Positions 41,813-53,110 of a stretch of 64,000 nucleotides of DNA are shown one piece after another. Every line of letters starts with the position of its first letter. Position 1 is the first letter of the stretch. The position numbers and the translations under genes are program-made. The DNA is from the human T2T-CHM13v2.0 reference genome, Homo sapiens: assembly GCF_009914755.1 (NCBI RefSeq), contig NC_060926.1; one strand, 5' to 3'. Under the pieces are notes generated by a model that was given only the letters and a program-made list of their open reading frames with translations, was not told where the DNA came from and did no database searches.

Positions 41813-42285
41813 AGTCAATTTTTAAAATTAATTTAGTGACATAATTTCTATGTTTCTCTTTCCTCCTAAACACACATTTTACTGATATTGTTAGTAAAGG
41901 AAATTATATGATGAAATTCCTCTAAAAGTACACAACTGTATAATAATATAGAAATGTTGGGCAGAATATTGAAAGTTTCTTCCAATTCCCTCACTCTCAT
42001 TCCTCTCTGCAAAAAGCTTCTTGATCAACTTCACCAAGAAAACAACAAACAACAATAATTTGGCCCCAAATCCCACCACCTTCATAGACTCCTACCTGCA
42101 TTTGCTTGTATATGCATTCCTCCCTCCTTTCTCCCATGTCTGGGGCAGATGGATTCCTCCTATGATTGTGGTCTCATCTTTTCCCCTGGATTCTCCATCC
42201 TGTACTATCCCTTCTTGATTAACTGAAGTAGTTCTACTTTTTTTTTATATTGGCTCTGACTCCCTGCCTTTTCTGGCCTTCCTCT

Positions 42286-42370
42286 TCATCTAAACCCCCA
42301 TGACATAAGTTTACCTATGTAACAAACCTGCTGTTGTACCCCTAAACTTAAAAAAAAAAGTTAAAAAAAA
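42286..42370 (+). mobile_element. Short older L1PA 3' end with A-tail
   Basis: aaacccccatgacataagtttacctatgtaacaaacctgc...gtacccctaaacttaaaa. Confidence 0.8.
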
Positions 42371-42372
42371 TT

Positions 42373-42685
42373 GGCCAGTGCAGTGGCTTCTGCCTGTCAT
42401 CCCAGCACTTTGGGAGGATGAGGCAGGCAAATTACTTGAGTCCAGGATTTTGAGACCAGTCTGGGCAACGTGGCAAAACCCTGTCTCTACAAAAAATACA
42501 AAAAATTATCCAGCCATGGTGGTGCTTGCATGTGGTCCCAGCTGCTCAGGAGGCTAAGGTGGGAGGATGGTCTGGGCTTGAGAGGTCAAGGCTTCAGTGA
42601 GCCATGATCATGCCACTGTACTCCAGCCTGGATGACAGAACGAGACCTTATCTGAAAAAGAAAAAGAAAAAAAAAACACAAAAAA
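42373..42685 (+). mobile_element. AluJ, full length
   Basis: gggaggatgg...gaggtcaaggcttcagtgagccatgatcatgcc J-type right arm. Confidence 0.92.
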
Positions 42686-44021
42686 CAGTACTCATGAGCA
42701 GTTCTGAGAACCTCTTTTGTCCACTTTACTCAATATTTCTGTGAATTGCTGTGGAATCTTCTCAGCCAAGCTGGCTGTATTAATAGACAGTTCATCATCC
42801 CAGCCCATCACTCACTAAGTCCCTTTCCCTCAAGTGTTCTATAATTTCTCCTTGTTTTTCAAATGCATTTCTATTCTATTGTTCTTAAATGGGCTCATCT
42901 CCAATTTCTGAATTGGTTCAGTTATCTTATAAAATACAAACTTGTTTCTAACACTTTTGTGCTTAAGATCCTTTAGTAATTCTCTACCAGTTTTAGGATA
43001 AAATATGATTTTTTTGTACACCAAAAAGACCTTATGATTTGTCTTATGCCTCAGCTATATATTCTGTCTTCTATCACATACAATTTTCAGCAATATGGAA
43101 CTATTTATCCTTCTAGGAAAGTGCATTTCTCTTCTTGCCAGTTTTTTTTTTTTGCTTCTCCCTCCCACTGTTTCCTGCTTCTCTTTCTCTCCCTCCCGTT
43201 TTTCCCTTATCTCTACATAATTAACTTGTTTTAGTCTTTTAAAAACAGCTATAACATTACCTGCTGAGTGAGCTGGACCTGCCTCAGGTGGGCAGCCGGT
43301 ATGCTGACTTCCAGGGCAGTTGTCTTTTCATTATTACGCAAGAATATTAAGAAATGGTTTGAATTCCAGGCAAATTGACTTCTGGAATACTAACAAGAGG
43401 TTTTTCCTCTGCTGCCACTCCAGTAGAACCTACATCTTTTGACATTTAGATAATGTTGTGGAATCCTTATGAAATAATTGGCTTCAGGGATGAGCCATTG
43501 TTCAATGTTGAACAGATAAGGTCACCTATGTACCTAGCAAAAGGCTTAATTTTGTCAAACTGCAGGACATTGAGTTAGCATTTCTGAGGAACAGGTGTTT
43601 CCTTCTGAGAACAGTTGGCTTGAACCAAAGTGAATGTTGCGTGTGGGGAATGAAGTCTACTTTGGTTCAAACAAGTAGACTGTAGATAGTGAGGACTGAC
43701 TGATGACAGACATTGATAGGGCACAGCTAGTGCTTAGGAGTGCAGGAAGTTTGGCAGGAGTGAACTTTTTGTCAACAGCTCAATTTTTGACACTAGTTAC
43801 TTCACAACAGTTGTTTCTGCTTCCTAACGGAGGGTCAGCAAGTTAAAGCCCTTTGATTGCCTTATAAAGACACTTTCAATTCTTATCATGAATGTCATCT
43901 CCAGGTTTGGAAGTCAGGAGGGAGAGAAGTGGGAGAGGGAGATAGGAGTTTATACCTCTCTGAAAGTCAGCCTCAATCTGATATTTTTACAACTTAGCTT
44001 ACAGTTGTGAAGTTTTTAATA

Positions 44022-44378
44022 CAGATGCTCCTTGACTTACAATGGAGTTACATCCTGATAAGCCCATCTTGAAAATATCATAAGTAGAAAATGCTTATAA
44101 CACACCTAACCTACCAAACATCATAGCTTAGCCTAGCCTTGCACATGTTTAGAACATTTACATTAGCCTACTTTTGGGCAAAATCATCTAACACAAAGTG
44201 TATCTTATAATAAAGTGTTGAATATCTCATATAATTCACTGAACGCTGTACTAAAAATGAAAAACAGAATGGTTGTATGGTTACTTGAAGTGTGGTTTCT
44301 ACTAAGCACATATGGCTTTTGCACCATCATAAAGTTGAAAAATTGTAAGTCAAACCATTCTAAGTTGGGAACCATCTG
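44022..44378 (+). mobile_element. MER47A TcMar-Tigger MITE
   Basis: TIRs cagatgctccttgactta ... taagttgggaaccatctg; TA/CA flanks; 357 bp. Confidence 0.88.
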
Positions 44379-45989
44379 CATTTTGAAAGCATTTGTATAG
44401 CGTTTGTTTTTAGCCTAACCCACTGCATCCTGTGTTTGACATTATTGTAATCCAATGTACAATTTTATGTTAATAAGATGATGTGACTGTATCCTGGTAT
44501 ACCTGAAAGGATGCATATCTAATGACCTAGGTTGGAAGGTGAATTCTTGGTATAAAAGGCAATAATTGCTTTTGGTTAATGATTCATACAAAAAATAACT
44601 GTATTTTACATATAAATTTAAATACCCATAATTCATAATTGAATGATATGCATCTTATTTTAATTTGAGGAAGTCTAACATTAAAAGATTTATACAGAAA
44701 AAATACAACAAATATTTAACAGAAGAAAATTATAATTACAGAGTTTTAGGAGCTCATCTGAAATATATCTGCAGAGTGGGTTGATAGAAGAGTCACAAAA
44801 CATAATATATGCAAAAAGGAATAAAAGCTATTGAAAAATCACTTCCCTTTTTTCCCTTTATTTTAATCATAAAAATCATGAAAATAGTTCTATAAACATG
44901 AGTGAGCTAAAAAATATTACCAGAGTATTAGTTACTAGAGAAACAGAAATGAAATTTGAAGATGAGATTTATCATCTTCTCACTTTAATTTGTACTCCTG
45001 CTGTACTGTAAATGTAATAGCCATCAACATGAAAAACGTAACAGATTGATAATACCATTGAGTTTTAATTAAACTACTGAAATGAAAAGGACCCAGATGG
45101 ATAACTGGAAAATGTAGTTATCCTTTATGAAATGTGTGGGATTGCCCGTTTGCTCTGTTTCTTGTAGATTAATACTCTGCCAAAAATAGTGCACCATCAG
45201 AAGATTTACTAAAAATTAATCATTTCAGTTTGTAAAACAGATGGTTGCTTTAGTTTATTTAATTTAGTTTTGAGACACTTATCACTCTAAATCAGAGATT
45301 GTTTCCTTCCTGTCCCCACTTGCTATGACTTCCCACTTCTGCAGCTTTCTACATAAATCAATCAATAGTATTAAAGTACGTACATCTTGTTTTTCTATAT
45401 AGTCATTGGTCTTATGTATTTACTTCAAAATGTCAGGTCTTTGTATGTCATCTTAGTAGGTTTTAGCTTCTGTGCATTCATAAGTTAAAACAAAAATGCA
45501 ATAACATCTTTTAGAAGCCACTCAGGAAATTTTCATCACTCCTCAAAATAACAACCACTGATGTCAGCTCAATTAAGGCAGGAGGAAGTGGTATTTTGTC
45601 TTATCAGCTTGATGTAAGGCTAAACTAGCTACTTAAGATTTAGGAGTAAGGTTTTCAGGTGTTTTAGGAGGTAGGTGCTGGTGTCCACAACTGCAGACTG
45701 CTGGCCTATTTGTGACTCAGAGCACCAGGTGCTCCTTGTGGGGTAGTTGCTTGCAATGAAGCTGTTGTAAACATGTGTGAATTTCCAGTTTCTGACTCCT
45801 GTGTCGCATGACTAGATGAAGATGACCTTTATGCAGTAGCAGAACTGGACATAAACGTTGAATTAGAAACATAACATTTTCATGACAGCTGCAGAGAAAT
45901 AAGACAGATGAGCTTAATCACAGAGAAATCCTGTTTGTTTTTAATTCTAAGATTAACTCTTTAGGGTATGGAAGAAGGTGGTTGTTGGC

Positions 45990-46700
45990 CTGCAAAGGGC
46001 ATGAAAATCAAGTTTGTGGTTATGTGTGTTTTATGACCTGCACTGTGAGGAAGACACAAAAGCACATCTCTGCTCTGCAAGTTCTTATAACCAAAATGGA
46101 GAAATGGCAGAACAAATAGGAAATAATCAATTACTATATAAATGATTCCACATGAATGCTGTAAGAATTCAAGGAAGGGAGAGATCAGTATGAGTTGCAT
46201 ATAAAAATAGGACAGAATTGGAGCATTAGGCTATAATGAATTATTGGGATTTGGAACAGAGAGAGTAGAGCATTTTAGGCAATAAAATTAGCACAATCAG
46301 AGGCCTAGAGGAGAATAACTGTGGCATGATCAGAGACTGTTAAGTATCCCAGAAGAATGGTTCATGCGAAGGAATAGTAGCAGATAAAGTTGGCTGGATA
46401 AGGGAGGGCCAGCCACTGAAGAAGCTTTAAGACTAAATGGCAGAGGTTTGATCTCTATGACAGGCCATACAAAACCATGATTGGTTCTTGAATCTAGAAG
46501 TAATGTGAAAGTATAGTGCTGGGAAGATGAATCTGAAAGTGGTACCCAGCTAGAAAATGACTGCCAGCATCCAGGCTGATGGATGTAGCTGAAGAATGAA
46601 TAATGATTTGTGACTTTAGAGAGATGTTAAAGTATATCAGCTCTAAAGAGTAAAGAGTCCAAGATGCTGACATGGTCTTTGTGTAAGCCAGTCTTTGTGT
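45990..46700 (-). mobile_element. Degenerate L2 fragment
   Basis: Purine-rich L2-like motifs (aagacacaaaagcacatctctgctctgcaag; caggccatacaaaaccatg). Confidence 0.5.
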
Positions 46701-46736
46701 CTGCTCAGAGAGAAAAAATACCACAGATATTTTAAA

Positions 46737-46888
46737 GAATCGGCCTGAGCCAGGACTAAAGGGGCACAGGTCTCAGCTTAAGACAAATAGGAAATAATCA
46801 ATTATTATATAATTGATTATATATTTATAATCGATATAACACAGGCCTAAGAGACGTCTGCCCCTTTAGTCCTGTCTCAGGCTGGTTC
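46737..46888. repeat. 38-bp inverted repeat enclosing a 36-bp copy of 46112-46147
   Basis: Arms 46737-46774 and 46851-46888 match 33/38; insert 46783-46818 matches the upstream donor 34/36. Confidence 0.9.
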
Positions 46889-47269
46889 AATATAGTACTA
46901 CATTCCCCAGAGCAGTCATTGTCTAACAATGACTATTTATCTCAGTCTGGGCCAATAATAGTGCTTTCCCAGAACTTTTTTTCCTGATTGTTCTGGTTAG
47001 AAAAAGCCATTTTTCTTCTAGTCACGAGGCCATAAATATTTAAGACTGGATATGTTTGCCACAATTTTTAACAGCCTCATGGGACTGAATGAAGAGATTG
47101 AAGCCCCAAAGTAGCCCCAAATGTAGCCCCAAAGTAGAAGGTTGTAAAGGTCAGATCAATGACAAGTAGGTCGAAGGGAAATATGTATATACATGTGTGT
47201 ATGTGCAGCTATATATACATGCACACATACATGCATGTGTTAGTACAGCCCTAGAATGCAAACCTCACT

Positions 47270-47410
47270 AGCCGAATTTTACAATTGAGGAAATTATTGC
47301 TCAGGGAATATAGTAATCTGGTCAAGGTTAAATTGCTACTTACAAGGTGGATTAAGAATCAAAGTTTAAGTTTGTTTGGTTCCAAACCAGTGCTCTTTTC
47401 TCTTCATGAG
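47270..47410 (-). mobile_element. MIR SINE
   Basis: attttacaattgaggaaattattgctcaggga...ggtcaaggtta. Confidence 0.65.
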
Positions 47411-48355
47411 ACTGCCTCTTGTCAAGGTGATGGTGGAGTTTCATGCTCCATGTTTGGGCTAATGCTAATTATATTGTGTTTTCCTGATCTTTCCCTCATG
47501 CTGGGAGGGTGTATTCTCAGCAAACACAGCCGCTATTGGTCTGCTTGGTGCTGTGGGAAGTTGACTTTTTGCTCCCCATGTCCCTGTGATTCTCTGTTGT
47601 ATAAAATATGCAGAGCTTTACCTCCTAATAGATGTCACGAAAAGTGTTTAGTCAAACACTAGCCAATAAAGATCCATATAATCCATATAACAGTCCATGA
47701 TACATTCTACATTAACAATGAAAAAAGTAGACTGTATTGTGCAAACCAAGAGGCAGTAAAAGTAAACCAGGACTAGCTTTTAATATATAACACTTATAGT
47801 ATATTGGCACATTTAGTTCAGAGGTTTTAATAGATGGAGAAAACAATTTTAGATATTTCAAATAACATTTTAGGCATTTTGCAAATCATTTAATGTAGAA
47901 AGTAATAGTTCTGATATTATTTCAATTACCTTTAATGCAGATTTACTGGACCTAACATTTAAAAAATTATATTTAACATAGATAGGACTGGTTCTGATAC
48001 TTATTTCAAGTACATTGGTGGCTTTCCTTTTTCTTGATATTATTATATCTTTCCTTAAGCCTCTTTGGTATAATTTTCCAAAGTCTTGTTTCTCAAAGTA
48101 ACACACTAATTATTGATAATTTACCTGAAATTCAAACCTAAACTCAACAGTCAATTTTTAGCTCATTGTAGAAATCAAAGAGTGAGATGGAAAGAGGAAA
48201 GATAAGAAGAAGAAAATTATTTTCCTAAGGAAATTTTACTAAAAATTGAAAGAGATAGAATGAAAAAAGGATAGATGTGCAAATTAATCTGCAAATTAAT
48301 CCCTGAGTTGAAATTATTTGAGTCATGGCAGGAAGATATGGAAACAGTGAAAATA

Positions 48356-48791
48356 CAGTTCACCCTTGAACACTGTGGGGGTTTGGGGCACTGGCCCCTG
48401 CGAAGTCAAAAATCTGCTTATAACTTTTGACTGTTTTGAAACTTAATAGGCTATGGTTGACAGGAAGCTCTACTGATAATACTGATAACATAAACAGTTG
48501 ATTAACCTATTTTGTATATTATATTTTATATACCATATTCTTACAATTAAGTAAGCTAGAGAAAAGAAAACATTATTGAGAAAATCACAAGGAAGAGAAA
48601 ATATATTTATTATACATTAAGTGGAAGTGGATCATCTTAAAGGTCTTCATCCTCATCCTCTTCATGTTAAGTAGGCTGAGGAGGAGGAAGAGGAGGGGCT
48701 GGCCTTGCTGTCTCAGGGGTGGCAGACACAGAAGAAAATCCACATATAAGCGGACCTGTGCAGTTAAACCTGTGTTGTTCAAGGTCAGCTG
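48356..48791. mobile_element. Tigger2a-type TcMar-Tigger MITE
   Basis: TIRs cagttcacccttgaaca ... tgttcaaggtcagctg; TA on the left flank; 436 bp. Confidence 0.88.
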
Positions 48792-49082
48792 TTCAGTGTG
48801 AATTTGTAGAGTTGGGGGAGAAATCAGGTGGTAAGGAAGGATGAAAGGGGCTCAATAGCTTCCCTTTCAGGCCACCAGGAGGAGGTAATGTTCCAGAAAA
48901 GCTTGGAAGGCACCAGAGGCAGTAGGGTCGACTTGGTGCAGATAAAGCATGGGTGGCTTTCACAGTGGTTAAAAGAAAGGCGGTTTTGGAAGTCCAGCTT
49001 CTGTTACTGAAGGAATGTCTTAATATCAGACTTGATTCCAGGAGTGACTTCTGCATTTGTAGATTATATATTTTGCCCGCCA

Positions 49083-49110
49083 TTCCTTCCTTCCTTCCTT
49101 CCTTCCTTCC
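49083..49110. repeat. (TTCC)7
   Basis: Seen directly. Confidence 0.95.
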
Positions 49111-49234
49111 TGTTCAACATTGACTGTTTCGTTTTTCTGTAATACATTTTCAAGTTGTTTGGACTTGGAAAATAAAAGATAACTTCAGATCTATTATGAT
49201 TACTATCTAGTGGTTGTCAGAAAATTCTTAGTTT

Positions 49235-49540
49235 AGCCGGGCGTGGTGGCTCACACCTGTAATCCTAGCGCTTTGGGAGGCCCAGGTGGGCAGATCACCT
49301 GAGGTCAGGAGTTCAAGAGCAATCTGGCCAACATGGTGAAACCCTGCCTCTACTAAAAAAGAATACAATAATTAGCTGGGCATGGTAGCTGGCGCCTGTA
49401 GTCCCAGTTACTCAGGAGCCTTAGGCAGGAGAATGGCTTGAACCCAGGAGGCAGAGGTTGCAGTGAGCCGAAATCACACCACTGCACTCCAACCTGGGTG
49501 ACAGAGGGAGACTCTGTCTCAAAAACAAAAAAACAACAAA
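49235..49540 (+). mobile_element. AluS (Sx/Sz-like), full length
   Basis: Perfect 16-bp TSD agaaaattcttagttt at 49219-49234 and 49541-49556. Confidence 0.97.
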
Positions 49541-50554
49541 AGAAAATTCTTAGTTTGTGAAGAGACTCCAACTGGCTTTTTTTTATTATTGATAGATTTT
49601 AATTGCATCGCTATCTTTTTAATAATCAATCTCTTTCTTCTTCTCTGTCCCTTTCTCTCTGTTCCCTGTCCCCCCATCCTTCAGTATTATCACAGATGTT
49701 AAGTCTACTATATTCTCTTTTCATATTCTAATGCTTAATTGTATTAATCTAATTGATATTGAACCTAACTGAAAATTTTATTCAGTTCCTAATGTATTCT
49801 ACTGACCCAGAGTGGCAGATTACTAAGAAATAAGTGTAAAACCACACAGATCTTCCAAATTCATAGCTATTTAGGTTGCGCTATTAACTGAGGTTCCCAA
49901 GCTAGAAGTGTTTTCTCTCTCTTTGGAGATATACCAATTCAGAAATTCAGACAGTTTGCCAGGCAGCCTTTCTCTACAAGCCTCATTGACACAAAAAGGC
50001 ATTAGTCTAATTAAATTAGGGGCTATTAAATCCACAAATTAGCATACAAAGTTAGAAAAATCAATATCTTATTAGTTTCAAAACCTTTTATCTAACTCCT
50101 CTTGAGTTTTTTTCCAGAAACTTTTTATAGTAAATGACATGAAAATTGATTTAAAGCTTTCCAAAAATAGGTAATCAATAATTGTTTTCTAGTCATAGAG
50201 AAATTCATTAACTTCTATACTTATTGCATTGCCACATATTTTTATTGAACTCTTTTCTAATCACATTATTTTTGGCTGAAAACATGTTAGCTATAAAAAG
50301 TCATGAAATGAGAAACATAACAATATAAAGACTTTGTTTAGGTATAGTAGTTAATGGATTGTTCAGAACAGTGGAACACTCTCATTTCCAGTAAAAATAA
50401 AAATTTATGTCTTTCATTGTTTTACACTTAAACATGGATAACTTCACTGCATTATCATTGCATAAACAAATTATTGGCAAATGAATCTGTAGACCTGCAG
50501 AAGTTATATTTGTTTTGTTTAGCAAGAGGTTAGGAAGCTCAGTATCTTCTGTAG

Positions 50555-50642
50555 ATGAAGATAGACAACTATCATGTATGCACTAGGGAAAATTTATTAT
50601 GAAGATAGACAAAAATCATATATGCACTAGGGAAAATTTATT
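50555..50642. repeat. 44-bp tandem duplication (41/44 identical)
   Basis: atgaagatagacaa..atcat.tatgcactagggaaaatttatt twice. Confidence 0.93.
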
Positions 50643-51199
50643 ACAAAAAGAAGAAATTATTGGCCATTGTCAACTTTAGAAAGTAAGTGTAGTGGAGCAA
50701 CAATAGATTAGGCATACTTAAGTCATTTTAGAATTTTAGCATACAATTTACCTTTTCTTTTGAGTGCATTTAAAACTTTAATTATTTTGACCTATCTTAA
50801 AATTTCTACCAGTTTATTTTACAAAAGTGCTAAATCATTTGTATTAAGATTTTTATCTCATAAATCATTTAAGAATTTTAGCAAATAGACAGATTAATAG
50901 TAATTTATAATGCATTATATGTGGAGAATTTAAGAAACTTTCAAAATTAAGGTGAATATAAAAGATACATTCTTCCAAGGTAAAACTGTGGTATTTATGA
51001 GGAGTTTGATTATGAGAATAGGATCATGGATTCAAAGGCAATTAGAGGTTCATATTCAGACTTAACAGCATTCAAACACTTCTAAGAAATGATTCAGATA
51101 TAAAACTACCTTTTTTTCTGTGTTCAAATTTCATTTCATATTTGTATTTATGCAGAACACTTTTTCTCTCTTTTGAGCCTTTGTTATTGGCTTTTGAGT

Positions 51200-51390
51200 G
51201 AGACCCTTTTGAACACTGATTTCACTACCTCCCAGTGGTGGTGAAAATTACTACACTTTTCTGAGCCTCAGTTTTTTAATCTGCATGATGGGGTCATTAA
51301 ACCTTCATCATGGTATTGTGGTGAGGATTCAAAGAGGAGACTCTATAGAAAGTGTTTAGCGCTTGCCAATAACAGAGTAGTTATTATTTT
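51200..51390 (+). mobile_element. MIR SINE
   Basis: ttctgagcctcagttttttaatctgcatgatgggg...gtgaggattcaa. Confidence 0.8.
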
Positions 51391-51794
51391 GTCATTTTTA
51401 TTCTCCATGATGTAGGGAATAAAACTGGATGGAAGATTTGAATATGTTCTGAGATTCACCAATCACTAGCTACTTTAAGCCATTGATGTATCAACACAAT
51501 GGGTGAGTTTAGGGGCAGATATTTTTAACTTGATGAAAAAAATCCATGGATTAAAAGACATTAGTATATTGAGATTCAGATTGTGAACCCAGTGTCATTT
51601 CTCCAGTATGAAGATGTTATATGTGACTGGTATAATTTACTGTTCCCAAAGCCATGAGGACTGCTGACGAAGTCTGTCATACTCTGGGGGTTGGTAAGAA
51701 CCTGGAGAAAGAGAAGAAAAGAGTGTGCTCTGTGAAGGGGGGACAGTTGGGACAATTATGGCCAGGTATGCTTGGGCATATGCCAAGCTATTTA

Positions 51795-51971
51795 TTACAT
51801 TCTATAATAATTATATATTCTATTATATAATTACATATAATATAGTTATAATATGTAATATATAATCTTATATAATTATAATTATATAATTATATATTCT
51901 AGAGAATATTCTAAATATATTATCTATATATTTTAAATTTAGAAATATATATTTCTAGAAATATATATATA
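51795..51971. repeat. AT-rich low-complexity tract with short palindromes
   Basis: Almost pure A/T; includes atatatatttctagaaatatatat. Confidence 0.85.
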
Positions 51972-51989
51972 GTCGAGGCCCTCTCTCCT

Positions 51990-53110
51990 GTTTAACAGCT
52001 TTATTGATATAAAATTCATATATGATAAAATTTACCCATTTAATGCAAATCAAAATCACAGTGCAATACCACCTTACTCCCACAAAAGTGGCCATAAAGA
52101 AAAAATCAAAAAATGATAGATGTTGGCGTGGATGTGGTGAAAAGCGAACATTTCTACATTGCTGGTGGGAATGTAAACTAGCACAACCACTATGGAAAAC
52201 GGTGTGGAGATTCCTTAAAGAACTAAAAGTAGAACTACCATTTGATCCAGCAATCCCGCTACTGGGTACCCACCCAGAAGAAAAGAAGTCATTATACGGA
52301 AAAGATAATTGCACACGCATGTTTATAGCAGCACAATTCACAATTGCAAAAATGTGGAACCAACCCAAAAGTCCATCAATCAATGAGTGGATAAAGAAAC
52401 TGTGGTACGTGTATATGATGGAATACTACTCAGCCATAAAAAGGAATGAATTAATGGCATTTGCCACAACCTGGATGGGATTGGAGACTATTATTCTAAG
52501 AAAAGTAACTCAGGAATGGGAAACCAAACATTGTATGTTCTCACTCATAAGTGGGAACTAAGCTATGAGGATGCAAAGGAATAAAAATGAAACAATTGAC
52601 TTTGGGGACTCAGGAGAAAGGGTGGGAAGAGGGTGAGGGATAAAGACTACAAGTAGGGTACAGTGTATACTGCATGGATGATGGATGCACCAAAATCTCA
52701 CGAATCACCACTAAAGAGCTTACTCATGTAACCAAATACCACCTGTTCCTTAAAAACCTATGGAAATAATTTTTTTTTAAAAAAAGAAATGATAACATTT
52801 CTCCTTTCCCTCAACTACATCTTCCTAAATGCCAATAGACACACATTCCTAAAACAAATCTCACCAAACCCAGTCATGTCTCTTCCCCTTTTTAATGACT
52901 TAATGTAAAAATAAAAAAGATATAATGATAAAAAATTTTACTCATTTAAAATGTTCAGCACAATGGTTTTTGTAAAATTGACTAAGTTGTGCAACCATAT
53001 TCCGAACTGAGAATTTTCAGCACCGTAACAAGAAACCTCATATTTATTAACAGTCTCCCCATTCTCCTGCACCCCCAGCCACAGGCAGCCCACAAATCGA
53101 CTTTCGATAT
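51990..53110 (-). mobile_element. L1M 3' end relic split by the L1PB insertion (51990-52043 and ~52932-53110)
   Basis: tttaacagctttattgatataaaattc...aaaatttacccatttaa, then resumes with catttaaaatg...gttgtgcaacca. Confidence 0.7.
52042..52789 (+). mobile_element. L1PB (L1PB1-like) 5'-truncated LINE-1: ORF2 C-terminus plus 3' UTR
   Basis: ORF 52022-52561 contains [37 protein letters not shown]; 3' UTR aagctatgaggatgcaaagg...gggataaaagactac. Confidence 0.92.

Noticed and set aside
47101-47136. Three copies of agccccaaa(t)gt
   Set aside because: Trivial slippage minisatellite with no further structure
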